A DNA stretch of 64,000 bases from Azolla caroliniana (GCA_043228905.1 JBHGNT010000012.1:2666001-2730000), one strand, 5' to 3'. Numbered from the stretch's first letter, positions 1 to 13,540 are shown. The notes: a model not told the origin generated them from the letters alone. Made by a program: numbers and translations.

Positions 1-512
1 ACACCTGTTGCTACTCCCCGATTTGCGAGACATCCTTGTATGGGACTCCAAGGACTTCGCCCTATTCGATTTTGGGGAAATATGAATCGGCACCAAAGTT
101 CAGACAGTAGTCAAATAGAAAAAACAAATGTTTGGGGTTTCTGTAACTGAAACATACCTGGACGATGATCGAGCGGGTTCTGTGTTGTAGCTCTCAATCT
201 GCAATGTCGATTTTTTGCTGTTGCGGGAGCTACGTCTGCGTTCGTGCTCTGAGTACTCCATCTGCGTTCAAAATCAGACTTAGGCTAAACAGGAAATTGA
301 TGACATTGAAGTCGACCTTAGATGATGGTGATATTCCCCAAGTTCCACTACGTCTGAAACAGAAGTTCAAATATTTGAGTTTTTTCATAAATTAGTTTTT
401 CAAATATTTGATTTTCCCACAAGAAAGACTAGCTAAACAAATAGCTAATTAGCTATGGCCATTTTAGTAGCTAATTAGCTATAATAGTGTTTCCACTCGC
501 ATGCTTTTACCC
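1..512. mobile_element. Probable end of an unidentified insertion (possibly a DNA transposon) interrupting the integrase of chromovirus A
   Basis: Integrase coding (HSSTRITPFFALPGNHPRW) begins abruptly at 515 after ...GCATGCTTTTACCC|TA. Upstream sequence is not integrase-like and has repeated palindromic TAGCTAATTAGCTA motifs (~442, ~468). The other end lies outside the window. Confidence 0.35.
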
Positions 513-514
513 TA

Positions 515-1068
515 CACTCTTCTACCAGGATTACACCTTTCTTTGCCCTTCCCGGTAACCATCCTCGATGGTGTATCTTGGATCTTCGTAAGGTCGTACG
601 AAACCCTAGTGTTGAGCATCATCTTCATCGACTACGTCGCATCCAGTTAGCGTTATCTTCACATCTTCAGACTGCTCAAGAACAACATAAGACCAATGTT
701 GATCGCCATTGTCTTAAGTCTCTTTTTAAGTTTGGTGACCAAGTATGGTTGCTTCGTCGTCACATCAAGACTACCCGGCCATGTGAGAAGCTTGATTATC
801 AGCGCTTAGGTCCTTTTCTCATCACTGCACGTATTAACGATGCCACCTTTTGTCTTAATCTTCCAGCACACATGCGGCTTCACCCAGTCTTTCATAGCTC
901 TCTTTTGGAACCTTGTCGCACCTCTTCTATTCCTAATCGTGTCGTGCCACCTCCACTCTCTGTCCAACTTGTTGACGGCCCTGAATACGAGGTAGCTGCT
1001 ATTCTTGATTCGAAGATTGTGCGGAATAAGCTCTACTATTTGGTTGATTGGGTTGGCTATCCTCCGAG
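515..1068 (+). pseudogene. Integrase C-terminus and chromodomain fragment of chromovirus A
   Basis: KLDYQRLGPF and HPVFHSSLLEP motifs plus chromodomain start; closely similar to 5847-6638. Confidence 0.9.
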
Positions 1069-1204
1069 CAATGTTGCCTTTTGACGGCTAACATTGGTTG
1101 TCATGAGAGCGGTATTCCAAAATTTTTGCCCGTCAAATGACGGTTTGTCAAAAAAATTGCCCTTCAAAAAGTAAATACATCGAATATTCGTACTAAACAA
1201 TATA

Positions 1205-1390
1205 TTATACCCTTGTATCCTTTGCATCTTTCCAAATTTCATGTACACGATCCCATTGTATTTCTTCAATGTGTGGCCCATTCAATGAGACTCACATTAA
1301 ATCATCTAAATGCTCTATATATTCAATCGATTTCTTTTCATCTCTTTGATGAGATTTTGCTTAGAGAACCCTCTCTCACACGAAACTGTG
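1205..1390 (-). pseudogene. hAT transposase C-terminal dimerization domain, part cut off by chromovirus B
   Basis: Minus strand reads TVSCERGFSKQNLIKEMKRNRLNIEHLDDLM*VSLNGP...RV*, directly continuing LVIPSS at ~7056-7075. Confidence 0.9.
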
Positions 1391-1711
1391 TGTCATGATA
1401 TGGCAAGACTCGAACCCATGACCTTAGGTTATATGGGTCAAGCTCTTGACCATTATATCATCTATTGTAATACATAAGATATTATTTTCATTTACATTTT
1501 ATTATAGGAAATTAATGTATATTCCAGATTTCTCTGGAACATTCTAGAAGCTTCAGGATTACTCCTGAGAACACTATAAAAGAGGGCACTAGGCATTATG
1601 TTGAACCAAATTGGTTCAACGCCAGTCTTTAGCCTCATAGCCCTTTTGTACTTACTCTTCTTATAATATAATATGTTATCATCATCTCTCTCTCTCTCTC
1701 TCTCGTCCTCG

Positions 1712-1760
<49 letters not shown>

Positions 1761-1842
1761 TACGTAGTCCCTTCCTCTTAGTACTAATAGTACTTCCCTT
1801 CTCTAGTACTAATTCTCTCTCTGTTTAGTACTATTCCTGACA
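1391..1842 (+). repeat. 5' LTR of chromovirus B
   Basis: Near-identical to 6631-7051; TATAAA at 1575-1580; internal (CT)n. Confidence 0.95.
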
Positions 1843-1913
1843 GTTTGAACCAATTTTCCCTTCTGTCTCTCTCCCTTCATAATAATCTCTTATTCCTCTT
1901 TTCTTTTCATCCT

Positions 1914-3055
1914 ATGGCCACTGTTAGTGCTCAGGAGTATCAATCTGTTTTCTCAGAGTTTCAATGCTTGAAAGAGAAGTTCCTTGCTTTGGAACAAGAA
2001 AATCAACGGTTGTTGGGGGATCTTCAACAAATCTCCTTAGAAAAGCAGCAAACGCAACAACAACATGGGGAACTTGCATTATGCGTGCAACAACTCGAAG
2101 CAACCATCGTAGCGATGCAACAACAAGGCCCTGGAACACAAGGGATTCATAAGGAACCCAAGATTGGCCTTCCCACGAAGTTCGATGGAACACAATCGTA
2201 GTTTAGAGGGTTCCTTAATTAGGTACGATTAGTTATTCAAATGCATCCTTCCCGATGCATCACGAGTGGGTTTAGTAGGGACGTTGTTAAGTGGCTCAAC
2301 ATTGGCATGGTTCGCTCCACTGTTGGAAAAGGAGTCTCCATTACTCAACAACTTTGAAGAGTTTATAGGTGAGTTTAAAGCATACTTTGGAGATACTAAT
2401 AGCATAAGGACCGCAATCACGAAAATCCGGCGATTACGCCAAGGAGACCGTCCAACCTTAGCATACGTTACAGATTTCCGCCTACTCGCCGCTGATATCC
2501 CTTGGGATGATCAAGCGTTGATGGAGCAATTTCATTATGGTTTACGCAATGATATCAAGGATCTACTCTTGACCTTCCCTGAAGAGCCAAAGTCCTTAAC
2601 AGAAGCAATCAGTTGCGCGGTGAGATGTGACAACCGCCTCTTTGAGCGACGTTCGGAACGACAACTACAAATGCCGAGGGCAAGATCAGAGCCAACCTAC
2701 GCCTCAATGGTAGCAAAACCTTTACTGAGAGAGTATTATAATGCGCCTCCAGTGAATACTCCGACTTCGATGGAGATTGACACTACACGTCGTCGAGGGC
2801 CATTATCCGAAGAAGAAAAACAGCGACGCCGAACAAATCGACTATGTCTCTATTGCGGTGGACCAGGACACATTGCAATAAATTGTCCCCATATGCCAAG
2901 AAGACAGGTAAACCAAATAGTTGCTAGTTCTAATTGTACTAAACCCGAGCCTATTATAGTAGGGATATCTGATAGTACTAATAGTACTAATAGCCTAGAT
3001 CTAGCGAACAAATTTGAATGTCCTTAGTCAGTTAGAAGAAGAGTTAAACAACTAA
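1914..3055 (+). pseudogene. Gag of chromovirus B (stops and frameshifts)
   Basis: MATVSAQEY..., retrotransposon Gag core (LRQGDRP), zinc knuckle CLYCGGPGHIAINC. Confidence 0.88.
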
Positions 3056-6000
3056 GTTCAGCCAAAATAGGAGCCGTTTGGTTGGACAACCCTAGATCTG
3101 TGCAACCCATTAGTGGTTCCATTCCCTCTAAGCAAGTTAGCAATGTGTTCGTAGCCCACATAACAGTTAGTACTAAAAGTACCCCTCCAGTACATGTCTT
3201 AGCACTTCTAGACTCCGGAGCTAATTCTTGTTTTATGGATAGGAATTTTGCCCAAGCTCATCAGATATCTCTTAGAAAACTCTCGTGTCCAGCCTTTATA
3301 GTTGTCATTGATGGTCGTCCCATTGATTCCGGAAATATCATAGAAGAGTCAGAACCCGTTAATATTGTCCTAGATAACTTAGCATGTGTAGTATCATTTA
3401 ACATTATTAGTATCCCAGAACATCCCATCATGTTGGGATTACCATGGTTCGAGTTACATAACCCAAACATAGATTGGAGAACAAGAGAAATCCAGTGTCG
3501 ACAAACCCGAGGATCTACTCAGAAGATTGCCACCATTTCACTACATCAATTGCGGGAAGAAGGACACAAGGAAGAAATGTTTCTCTTCGCAATATCACTA
3601 AAACCCTCTGACACCATTAAAGAGGAGTCCACCGTTCAGCTTCCAAAGAAGTATCATCATTATCCTGATGTATTCGATAAAGTACGAGCCAATACGCTAC
3701 CTCACCATCGACCATATGATTGTCCCATCGATTTACAACAGGGGAAAGAGACACCATGGGAACCGATCTACAATTTGTCACCAACCGAGCTAGAAGTCCT
3801 TCGAGCCTATATAGAGGAGAATTTGGAGAATGGATTCATTCGACATTCGAAATCTCCAGCCGGCGCACCCATTTTCTTCGTCAAGAAAAAGGATGGCTCA
3901 CTTCGTCTAGTGGTAGATTACCATGGTTTGAATAAAGTTACAATCCGCAATAGGTATGCACTTCCCCTTATCTCAAGTCTTTTAGAACGGATCAATGGTG
4001 CCAGGTTCTTCACAAAGATCGACTTACAGGGGCCTATAACCTCGTACGGATCCGACCAGGAGATGAATGGAAGACCGCGTTCCGCACTAGATATGGGCAC
4101 TTCGAGTATACGGTCATGCCATTCGGCCTCACTAATGCGCCAACAGTCTTCCAGCACATGGCAAATGATATATTCCGAGATCTCTTGGATGTGTGTCTAA
4201 TCATCTAGTTGGATGATTTACTGGTTTATTCAAAGACCTAAGAAGAGCATGATTCTCATGTACTGTTAGTACTAAAACGACTTCGAGAACATGGTCTTTA
4301 CGCAAAGCTAGAAAAATGTAGTTTCGGGTGCAACCAAGTGGAATTTCTCGGCTATGTCATTTCATCAGAAGGCATCTCCATGGACCCAACTAAGGTCAAG
4401 ATGGTGGTAGAATGGCAGACTCCGCGCTCGGTGCGGGATGTGCAATGCTTTTTAGGCTTTGCCAATTTTTACCGGAAGTTTATACAAGATTACTCAAAGC
4501 TCGTTCTGCCTCTCACACAGCTTACCAGGAAGGGACAATCGTTTGTTTGGTCTGAAGAAGTAGATATGGCTTTCGAGAGTCTTAAAAAGGCATTTACATC
4601 GGCTCCAATTCTAGCTCATGTTGATTTGGCAAAACCATTCATTATCGAAGCTGACACATCGGATTTCGCATTGGGGAGCATTCTATCACAATGGGGTAAT
4701 GATGAGAAGCTACATCCTGTGGCTTTTCACTCACGCAAGTTTGACACCACTGGAATCAACTACGAAATTCATGATAAGGAGCTATTGGCAATAGGGGACT
4801 CGTTTATGCAATGGAGGCATTTTTTAGAGGGATCCTCTCATCAAGTCACCGTATTCAGTGACCATAAAAACCTTGCCTACTTTTAGGATGCTCGTGTGTT
4901 AAATCGACGTCAAGCTCGGTGGGCCCACTTCCTCACGCATTTCGACTTCAAAATTACATATCGTCCGGGGAAGCACCAAGGGAAGGCAGATGCATTATCA
5001 CGACGTTCGTATCTAACACTGCGTCCCGGCGAGCCAACTTTCGATAACCAAACACAAGTAATCTTGGGACCGGCACGACTGCAAGCAACACAGGTTTTTG
5101 GCATGCCCATGGATTCCCACGTTATCAATATCATATGTGCGGACCTGAAGACAGATGCTTTCGCCCAAGCTATACTAGCACAAATTGATCCCTCTCGAGT
5201 GTCGTGTTCACAGTCGCAACCACCAGATACGGACTATTGGCAATTCAAATACCATGATGGATTACTCTTCTTTAAAGAACTTTTGTATGTTCCTAATGGT
5301 TCTTGCCACCTTCGAGTAGTACAAAACTGTTATGACAGATATACAACTGGGCATTTTGGTAGTACTAAAACATTAGATTTAATACAACGATCATTCTGGT
5401 GGCCCCGTATGCGACAATTTGTCGAAGATTTTGTTCGGACTTGTGATACATGCTGCAGAGTGAAAATGCCAAGGCATCATCCATATGGTTTATTAGAACC
5501 ATTACCAATTCCAAGCAAGCCGTGGCAATCCATTGCTCTAGACTTCATCACAGATCTTCCAGTCTCTAAGGGGTTCAATGCGATTCTAAGAGTGGTAGAT
5601 CGATATACGAAGATGGCTCATTTCTTGCCATGTACTAAGGAAATCTCTAGTGAAGACACCGCCGAAATTTTCATGCGTGAAGTATGTCGGCATCATGGAC
5701 TTCCCGATAGTATTGTCAGCGACCGTGGACCCCAGTTCGTGTCAAAATTCTGGAAGCACCTTTTTAAAATGCTCAAGGTCACTTGTAACCTCTCCTCCGG
5801 CTACCACCCACAAAACGATGGCCAAGCCGAACGAACAAATTAAACGTTGGAGCAGTATCTGCGGTGCTTTCTCAGCTATCATCAGGATAACTGGGTAGAT
5901 ATTCTCCACTTCACCAAATTTGCCTATAATAACTCTATCCACGCATCGACTAAAGTTACACCATTTTATGTTTATACGGGATGTCACCCTCGGTGGAGTG

Positions 6001-6638
6001 TACTTGAAACCCCAGAGGTGTCCACAAATCCTTGTGCGGAGGATCGTTTGGAGCAGTTACGCAAGATACAAGCGGATTTATCTACTCATCTCCAACAAGC
6101 TCAACAAACACACAAGGTCTATGCGGATCGTCATCGACTTCCATCTAGTTTTCACATTGGAGATCAGGTGTGACTGCTACAACGACACATGAAGACTATG
6201 CGCCCATGTGAGAAGTTGGATTATCGACGATTAGGTCCTTTCCGTATTATCGGAAAGATTAATGATGTCTCTTTTCGTCTCGATCTACCCCCTCAACTTC
6301 GGATACATCCGGTGTTTCATAGTTCTCTCCTCGAACCCTATCGCAAGAGCACCATCCCAGGACGTATTATACAACCTCCACCCCCGATCAAGCTTGAAGA
6401 TGGACCAGAGTACGAGGTTGCTGCCATCCTTGATTCCAAGATTGTTCGCAACAAGCTCTACTATCTAATCGATTGGCTAGGCTATAGTCCCAACGAACGT
6501 ACTTGGGAACCGATCGAGAATGTGACCAATGCTCGTGCGCTTCTTGAAGACTTCCATCGTCAATATCCACACAAACCAGGTCCTCCATCCGAAACGACTC
6601 GTGACACTCGTCGTTTTAAAAGGGGGATAGTGTCATGA
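3043..6638 (+). pseudogene. Pol of chromovirus B (PR-RT-RNaseH-IN-chromodomain), several stops and frameshifts
   Basis: LLDSGA; SKSPAGAPIFFVKKKDGSLRLVVDY; YEIHDKELLAI; SDRGPQF; HPQNDGQAERTN; chromodomain EYEVAAILDS...WLGYSPNERTWEP. Confidence 0.93.
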
Positions 6639-6931
6639 TATGGCAAGACTCGAACCCATGACCTTAGGTTATATGGGTTGAGCTCTTGACCATTATATCA
6701 TCTATTGTAATAGAATATTATTTTCAGTTACATTTTATTATAGGAAATTAATGTATATTTGAGATTTCTCTGGAACATTCTAGAAGCTTCAGGATTACTC
6801 CTGAGAACACTATAAAAGAGGGCACTAGGCATTATGTTGAACCAAATTGGTTCAACGCCAGTCTTTAGCCTCATAGCCCTTTTGTACTTACTCTTCTTAT
6901 AATATAATCTGTTATCATCTCTCTCTCTCTC

Positions 6932-6967
<36 letters not shown>

Positions 6968-7051
6968 CTTACGTAGTCCCTTCCTCTTAGTACTAATAGT
7001 ACTTCCCTTCTCTAGCACTAATTCTCTCTCTGTTTAGTACTATTCTTGACA
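6631..7051 (+). repeat. 3' LTR of chromovirus B
   Basis: Follows the PPT; matches 1391-1842 with a few substitutions and microsatellite length change. Confidence 0.95.
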
Positions 7052-9081
7052 TTGTGCTAGATGGAATAACCAAAGTAGCTTGCCATAATTTCATCAAATG
7101 AGGGAAACTATCTTGCCAATCCTTCATTTTGCAAAACATATGCCAAGCTTCATGCATAGTATAACCTTCACAATTTAAACGTAAAGTGTCAACAAACCTA
7201 TAGAGTTTCATTTCACAAGCCTTTGCATCATGTAAAATTTGAAGACATGCATTGACATCAACATTTGGCTGTAAGTGAGAAATCAAAATTCCCAACCACG
7301 TCTTTGCTTTACTATCCCTAATCACTTCATCATCTGCATAATGGCATGGGCTGAATAATTTTGTTGCATTGAAGAGGCTTACGTCAGGGAATCTTGCATT
7401 TAGTCCATCAATAATCTTTTTGCACATAATTTTGAGATAGTTTAATACAACTTTCAAATGATCCATCTATAAATGGCCTCATTCCCTTAGATTTTGCAAT
7501 ATTGGGATTCGTATCATTTTGACTTGCTTTATCCATGGGAATTTGTTTGAAGTATAGTTCATGTCTATGTGTAACACCATCTTTATCCTCTATTTCCAAA
7601 AACCCAACTTTAGAACATCTTAAGAACTTGGATAAATACATTGTTCCATCTGCAAATGTGTCATTTCTCAAGAAAGACCTCCGCAAATTAGAAATAGTAA
7701 TATCAATTTCTGCACCAACTGAAGTTACATCCAAATTCTCTTTTTGAAGTTTCAAGCTCAAAATAGTCATCAAATGCAACACATTAGTCATCATACAAAA
7801 GCAAAATTGCACACTATAGATACAAGCTTTATTATACTACTCGTTTAAGTTCTCTTTCTTCCAAATAGTAAGTATTGCAGGCATTATACTCATTAGTCTT
7901 TCCATGACTTGACCACGTGACAACCAACGAATATTATGAATTTGTAAGGGTCTATGAGCATCCAATTGCATTTGTTCCAAGAGCTCTAAAATTTCATGTG
8001 TCCTTTTGGTACTATTGTTAGCCCATGCATATACCTTATTTGCAATTTTTTCGACAAGAATGAGCTAAGGGATATCTCTAGATACATCTAAAATAACCAA
8101 TGCTTCTCTATGAGCAATACAATGTACACCAACCAAATTTGGGATATTATTTTTCATTAATGTTACTGTTCCAATTTCACTACCAATCATTGATGATGCA
8201 CCATCAGTTGCTAATCGAATCAACTTGTTCATGTTGAGGGATCGATCACCTAATAGATGCTTAACATGTTCATATATAGTTCTACCTTTACCATTGGGAA
8301 TTTTCAACAAACCCATAAATTCAGTTTGCTTAGGCCCACAACCACCACATTGCAAGTATGTAACATACACAATGAGATGCAACTCTAATCCATTGTCAGT
8401 ACTTTCATCTAGCATCAAAGAGTAGTATGGGGAATTTATTAGGTTTGAGCTTTGAATTTCTAGAAGATATTTCCCAAAGGTAACCAAAAATTCATATCCT
8501 CCATATTTACTAGTATAAGATATATAATCATGTTGCTTAGGCATATTAGGCACCTCTAGTAGCATAGCCAAATCACATAATTCTTGGTATGTAGTGATAG
8601 AAAAATCTTTTTTTGCAATAAAGTACATGAGTTTCATTGTTGTTATGTCCTTATTTTTGTTAATATCATCCAATTGTGATACATGCTTTGGGATGGACAT
8701 TGCTTTCCCTTCAACATCACATATCCACTTTGATGCACACAATTTATGGCCACTTGAGTTAACGTGGGTCAAAATTGCATCAAGTTGCAAAGTAATGCAT
8801 CCAGAACCAACACCCCAAGGCCCAGGACTAGCGTATTATGTTTTCTCTCCTTGCATAATGCATCGTATCCATGGGAATTTATCTCTCCATGCATCACGAA
8901 ATTTTCTTTTAGGCTTTTCTTTGGTAATTTTAGAGGAACAACTCTCTTGAGTTAAACTCTCTAAATCAGTCCCAAACAAATCAATATCCTCATTTAAATC
9001 ATTGTTTATATTTATCTCATTCGGTGGTTTCCATGAAAACATTGCACTAAAGGTTTGTTGATTTTTTCTTTTGGGAGCCAT
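7052..9081 (-). pseudogene. hAT transposase (ZNF862/DUF4371-like), frameshifted
   Basis: MAPKRK start at 9081; RKFRDAWRDKFPW; YYSLMLDESTD; LATDGASSMIG; VHCIAHREAL; WQATLVIPSST. An AG acceptor at 9089-9090 suggests a 5' UTR intron. Confidence 0.9.
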
Positions 9082-10153
9082 AATTATGCTGAACAATAAG
9101 AAATGGATCATGTCAGAAAAGATCATGCCATCAATTCAAAACAATCACTAGCATCATTAGACCCATACATATTAGTTATGACCTATTGAGCATTGAGATT
9201 TTACATGAATATAATTCACTTTGGCAAGAAGATTATACTTTGTTGATTATACCTTGAAGCCAAAAGGATAATCTCTAAGATATGCGAAATGACATACAAC
9301 TCCAAGCGTCCGAAACTTAGTCATATGTCCATATTAACATGTTACTATCACAACTCCACAAACAAGGGTCATGTAGACTTTGTATAAAATATGAGAGATT
9401 AGCTAAGGTTAAGAGATTGATATCTGCGAGCCTTTCGAATTGCAACACACTCTGAGTGTTTGGTAATTACTACATAACAGCCAAGAAGAAATTCCCAAAC
9501 TTCTACCCTTATTGATGGATCCACACCCTAAGTAATAAGATTTGAATCTCATATAGAATAATGTCGGTTAATCCTTTGTTACGGGCTTTATACTTTAACA
9601 ACTTTTAAATTCTTTCACGAGTTGTCTAAGCAATACACCCCAAATGATCATTGTGTCATGAAGACAACATTGAGATAAATGAAAGAGCAGGATCATTAGC
9701 TCATTTTAGTTAAAAATCCTTAGAAGCCAAATTTTGGATGTTATGAGTTTACTACATCCCAAACGCAATAAACCTAAATACCCCATTTCCTATGATTGAT
9801 AAAGAATGAATTCTATTCTATTGTATCTAGTTCCAGAATTCATGTTATTGGCCACTCAAGAAAGATAGAAGACCATCATTATCGTTGCCATGATCATCTT
9901 CTTCGTGATCATGATCATCTCTTTCTCTGATTCTCTAAGAAACCCTAAATCCCCCATCCCCAACCAAGCCAAGCCAACACAACATAGTGTTCCTACGTCA
10001 ACATATTTTTCAAACGATGAGATGGATGATACTTTTGGTAGGTGGGGGGTAGTAGTAAGTTGTAACATATCAAGAGAGAGAGATAGATAGATTAGCTAGA
10101 TAGATTATATTATCGTCTTCGGAGGTCAAATATGACCTATGAGACCAAAAATA

Positions 10154-13100
10154 TTACATTTCACGTGATACGCGTGAAAGTGAGTAGTGACTCTCGATGT
10201 TCAAGAACTTTACCAATGAATGTTGCAATCGAGAGTGCACATTGTGGTTGTGAGAGGAATTCATGCAAAGATTGGGCTCGATCGAAGAGATGTGGAAAGC
10301 AATGTCGAATATGATCAAAGGCAGAGAGCATTGTATCAAAGTGTGATACTCAGACTCGCGAACTTGTTTAGGGCAAAGTGTGCATAGCCGACCACTCTCA
10401 TCACTTGTACCCCAACGCCTTGTTTCACATTGCAATGCATGTGAGCTAAGTCGTATGGAAGCAATGGTTCGAATGGCAGATAACAGTATGGGCTCTAACA
10501 TGTATGGATGTGTACAATTTCCCCGTTCCGCAAAGAATATGATTTTGTAGTTAGGTGCAACATGTGTAGTATAATGTGTGAAGCGTGAGCCTCCACATTT
10601 GTCCCATGTCATGATACATTGGCATTGCAAAAATGCCTCATTTATAGAGGAATCTAATGATGCATCATGAAGCAAGTGTCTCACATCCCATCTACCAAAC
10701 CATTTTTCTATATCTTGCATCCAACCAGAACACAAAATTTTGTTTTTATGCGTCTTTTGGATCTTTTTTCTTGCTTCCCACGCAATTCTAGGAAGTCAAT
10801 GTGAGGGACTTTTTTGAACCTTAAGCATGTATTCAACAACCCTTTCCATGGCCATGATCTCTATGGGAAGCGATCCCGTCTCAAGGAGGAGGGTGTAGGG
10901 TGTTTGTTTCTTAACTTGTAGAAACTTGGTAAGAAAATGCTTTTGGACATTTTCAAACTCTTTCCACATAGATTTAGGGATACTACCGCCCCATACTTCC
11001 ACCCCATAGAGAAGAACCGGTATCACCAAAGTGTCAAAAATATATTTCTTGAGGACCCAACACTTAATATCTCCAAGGTTGCATGTGTTCTCAAATGCAT
11101 AGTATGCTCGCTTGCCCGCCTCTAAGCGGCGTGTAGCACATTCATTCCATCTATGATTTGAAGGAACTTCAAGACCAAGATATTTGAAGCTTTCCACACA
11201 TTCAAGTGGCTCATTGTTGTACATAATGCATGGTTTATCTCTTTTTTGGCTCTTCACAAGCATAATCTTTGTTTTAGAGCTATTGACACTTAATTTAGTA
11301 TGCATGCAAATTTTTTCCAATGCCTTCATAAGCTTTTGTGCATCTCCTAAAGTATTTGCAAAAAGCACTACATCATCTGCATATAGCAAAAGCATAATTA
11401 CAACATTCCCAATGGCAACTTCTTCAACACATTCTTCCTTTGCAAACTTGGTAACCATTTCTTCCAATTCATCAATGCATAGACCAAATAGTGTTGGTGA
11501 GAGTGGGCATCCTTGCTTAACACCAATAGTGCTTTTGAAAAAATCTGAAAGTTTATCTCTCAAGTGCACACAACATATAACCTTCTCATAAATTCGGGAA
11601 ATTGCAAGCATATATTCACTTGGCACCTCAAGTTCTTCCATTTGCCTCCAAAGATGCTCACGAGGTACCATATCAAAAGCTTTCTTGAAGTCTACAAAGC
11701 AACAATATAAACCTTTACCTCTAAGGCGACTTTCCTCCATTAATACTCGAAGGGTGCTAAGGTGATAAATGGTGTTATGGTGTTTCCGAAAGCTAGCTTG
11801 TCCATAAGCTCTCTTACCACTTTTTTCAGCCCATACGCTTATCTTTGATTCCATTATACATCCAAATAGTTTTGCCATTAATGAGCCAACCATGATGGTT
11901 CGATAGTTGTTTACATTATTTATATCTCCACCTTTATGTAAAGGTTTGATCCAATTTGTAGTCCAATCGTACGACATACCATGTTGCAATGCATCATTAA
12001 ACATATCGCTTATCCATATATGTGCTTCCTTTCCCGTCCATTTGAGCATTTCAGCCTTTATACATTGAAGATCGCTTGCCTTTCGAGAGGCCAATTTCTT
12101 AAGTCCTATGCATATATCTTCAATTGTAAAGAAGGGAGGCATATGTGAAAGAGAACCATAACACATCATCTTTCCGACAAGAGATAACTCATATAAATTC
12201 TTGCAATGCATAGACAAGTCGTGAAGAGTTAAGTCACCATAACTCTCAACATGTTTTCCCTTTAGATTTCCCCAAAATTAGCACATGCATGTGTTTTCTC
12301 TTGCGTTTGGATAAATTGTTGAGTAACTTCTCATATTCTTCTCTTTCTTTGAATAAGCCTTTTATACTCATGCAAATGTTTTTGGTAATTCTCTTTATCC
12401 TTAACTACATCCAAAACCATAAGGCACTTTCGAGCTTCACGACATTCTTTATCAAACCATTTTTTCCTAAGTTTCTTGGTGCACTTCCAAGATGTGCGGT
12501 TGGTCGAAAAACATTTGTTTGTACATGAGAGAATGACTTTCTTGAAAGTTTCCCATTTGCATTCTAGTGTGGCACCATGTTATATCTTTGTCATTTGTAA
12601 CATATCCTCAACCATCTTGGAATACATGGGTGCTCGCTTAAGGTTCATGCTCAAGTGCGGTTGTTTATTATCTTCAATAGCCTTCTCACAATCAAACCTA
12701 TGCATACATTTGAGATCAATACATAAAGGCCTATGATCGGATTCCGGTGTCCATTCACCAAATGAGAATTTATGTATACGATCCAAAATACCTTCAGAAA
12801 GTAGCACATAGTCAATCACACTATTTCCGTTGTGTTTTCTACATGTAAAACCATTAGTGTTGGGCCATAAGGAAATACCATTTGCAATAAGCAATCCGGT
12901 ACTATTGCACATTTATAGGAGTAACTTCCCAAATTGGTACGGATCTTTTTCATCGCTAGAAGAGCGGTTATACATTTGCATATCCTCTTGCATCCTTGAG
13001 ATATGTGGCATGAAATATTCTTGTGAATCAAGTTGGAAACTTCTTGTACGAGCATTCATGTCACCAAAGAAAATAACTTCCCATTTGGATTTGAAATAAG

Positions 13101-13537
13101 CAATATCATCTTCTAGATTGGCAAACGGTTGATCTTTATCCAAACAAGCATAAAAGTTAGAATCTTGATGAGGAATGTAACATCCAACTACAAAAGTGGG
13201 CAAATCATTAGGTGTTTCTATTTTGAGCCATATGTAGCATTTATTTTCATCATTTTTTATGATTGACACATATTTCTCTATTTCCTTCTTAATCAAACAT
13301 GCCACCCCTCCTTGTCCTCTTCTTTGTCTTGGATTTTTCTTCCATATCAAAGAGTGTACATTATAGTTTCCTAGACCTTGAATCCGTTTGAGTATCATGC
13401 TCCCATGTTTCAACAAGAAGTGTGATATCCGAGTCATCGGTGAACTCCTCTATGCCAAATCCCGCATTCCATGGGTATCCATTGCAATTCCAAAAGCATA
13501 GTCGTAAAAGGCGTGGGTTAGTCTCATAGATCACATG
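10154..13537 (-). pseudogene. LINE ORF2 (AP endonuclease, reverse transcriptase, C-terminal zinc-finger-like region), disrupted
   Basis: CFWNCNG; GGVACLIK; FFGDMNART; SVIDYVL; SDHRPL; FVDFKKAFD; GVKQGCPLSPTLF; LLYADD; FKYLG; RLSSHALQCET..W...RLCTLC...ESEYHTLIQC. Confidence 0.92.
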
Positions 13538-13540
13538 TCC

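Larger units (their letters stand above)
1391..7051 (+). mobile_element. Full-length Ty3/gypsy chromovirus B (Tcn1/Tf1-like), degenerate ORFs
   Basis: Paired LTRs 1391-1842 and 6631-7051 (TGTCA...TGACA). TSD CTGTG/TTGTG. PPT AAAAGGGGGATAG (6618-6630). Domain order gag (CCHC knuckle), PR (LLDSGA), RT, RNase H, integrase, chromodomain. Confidence 0.97.
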
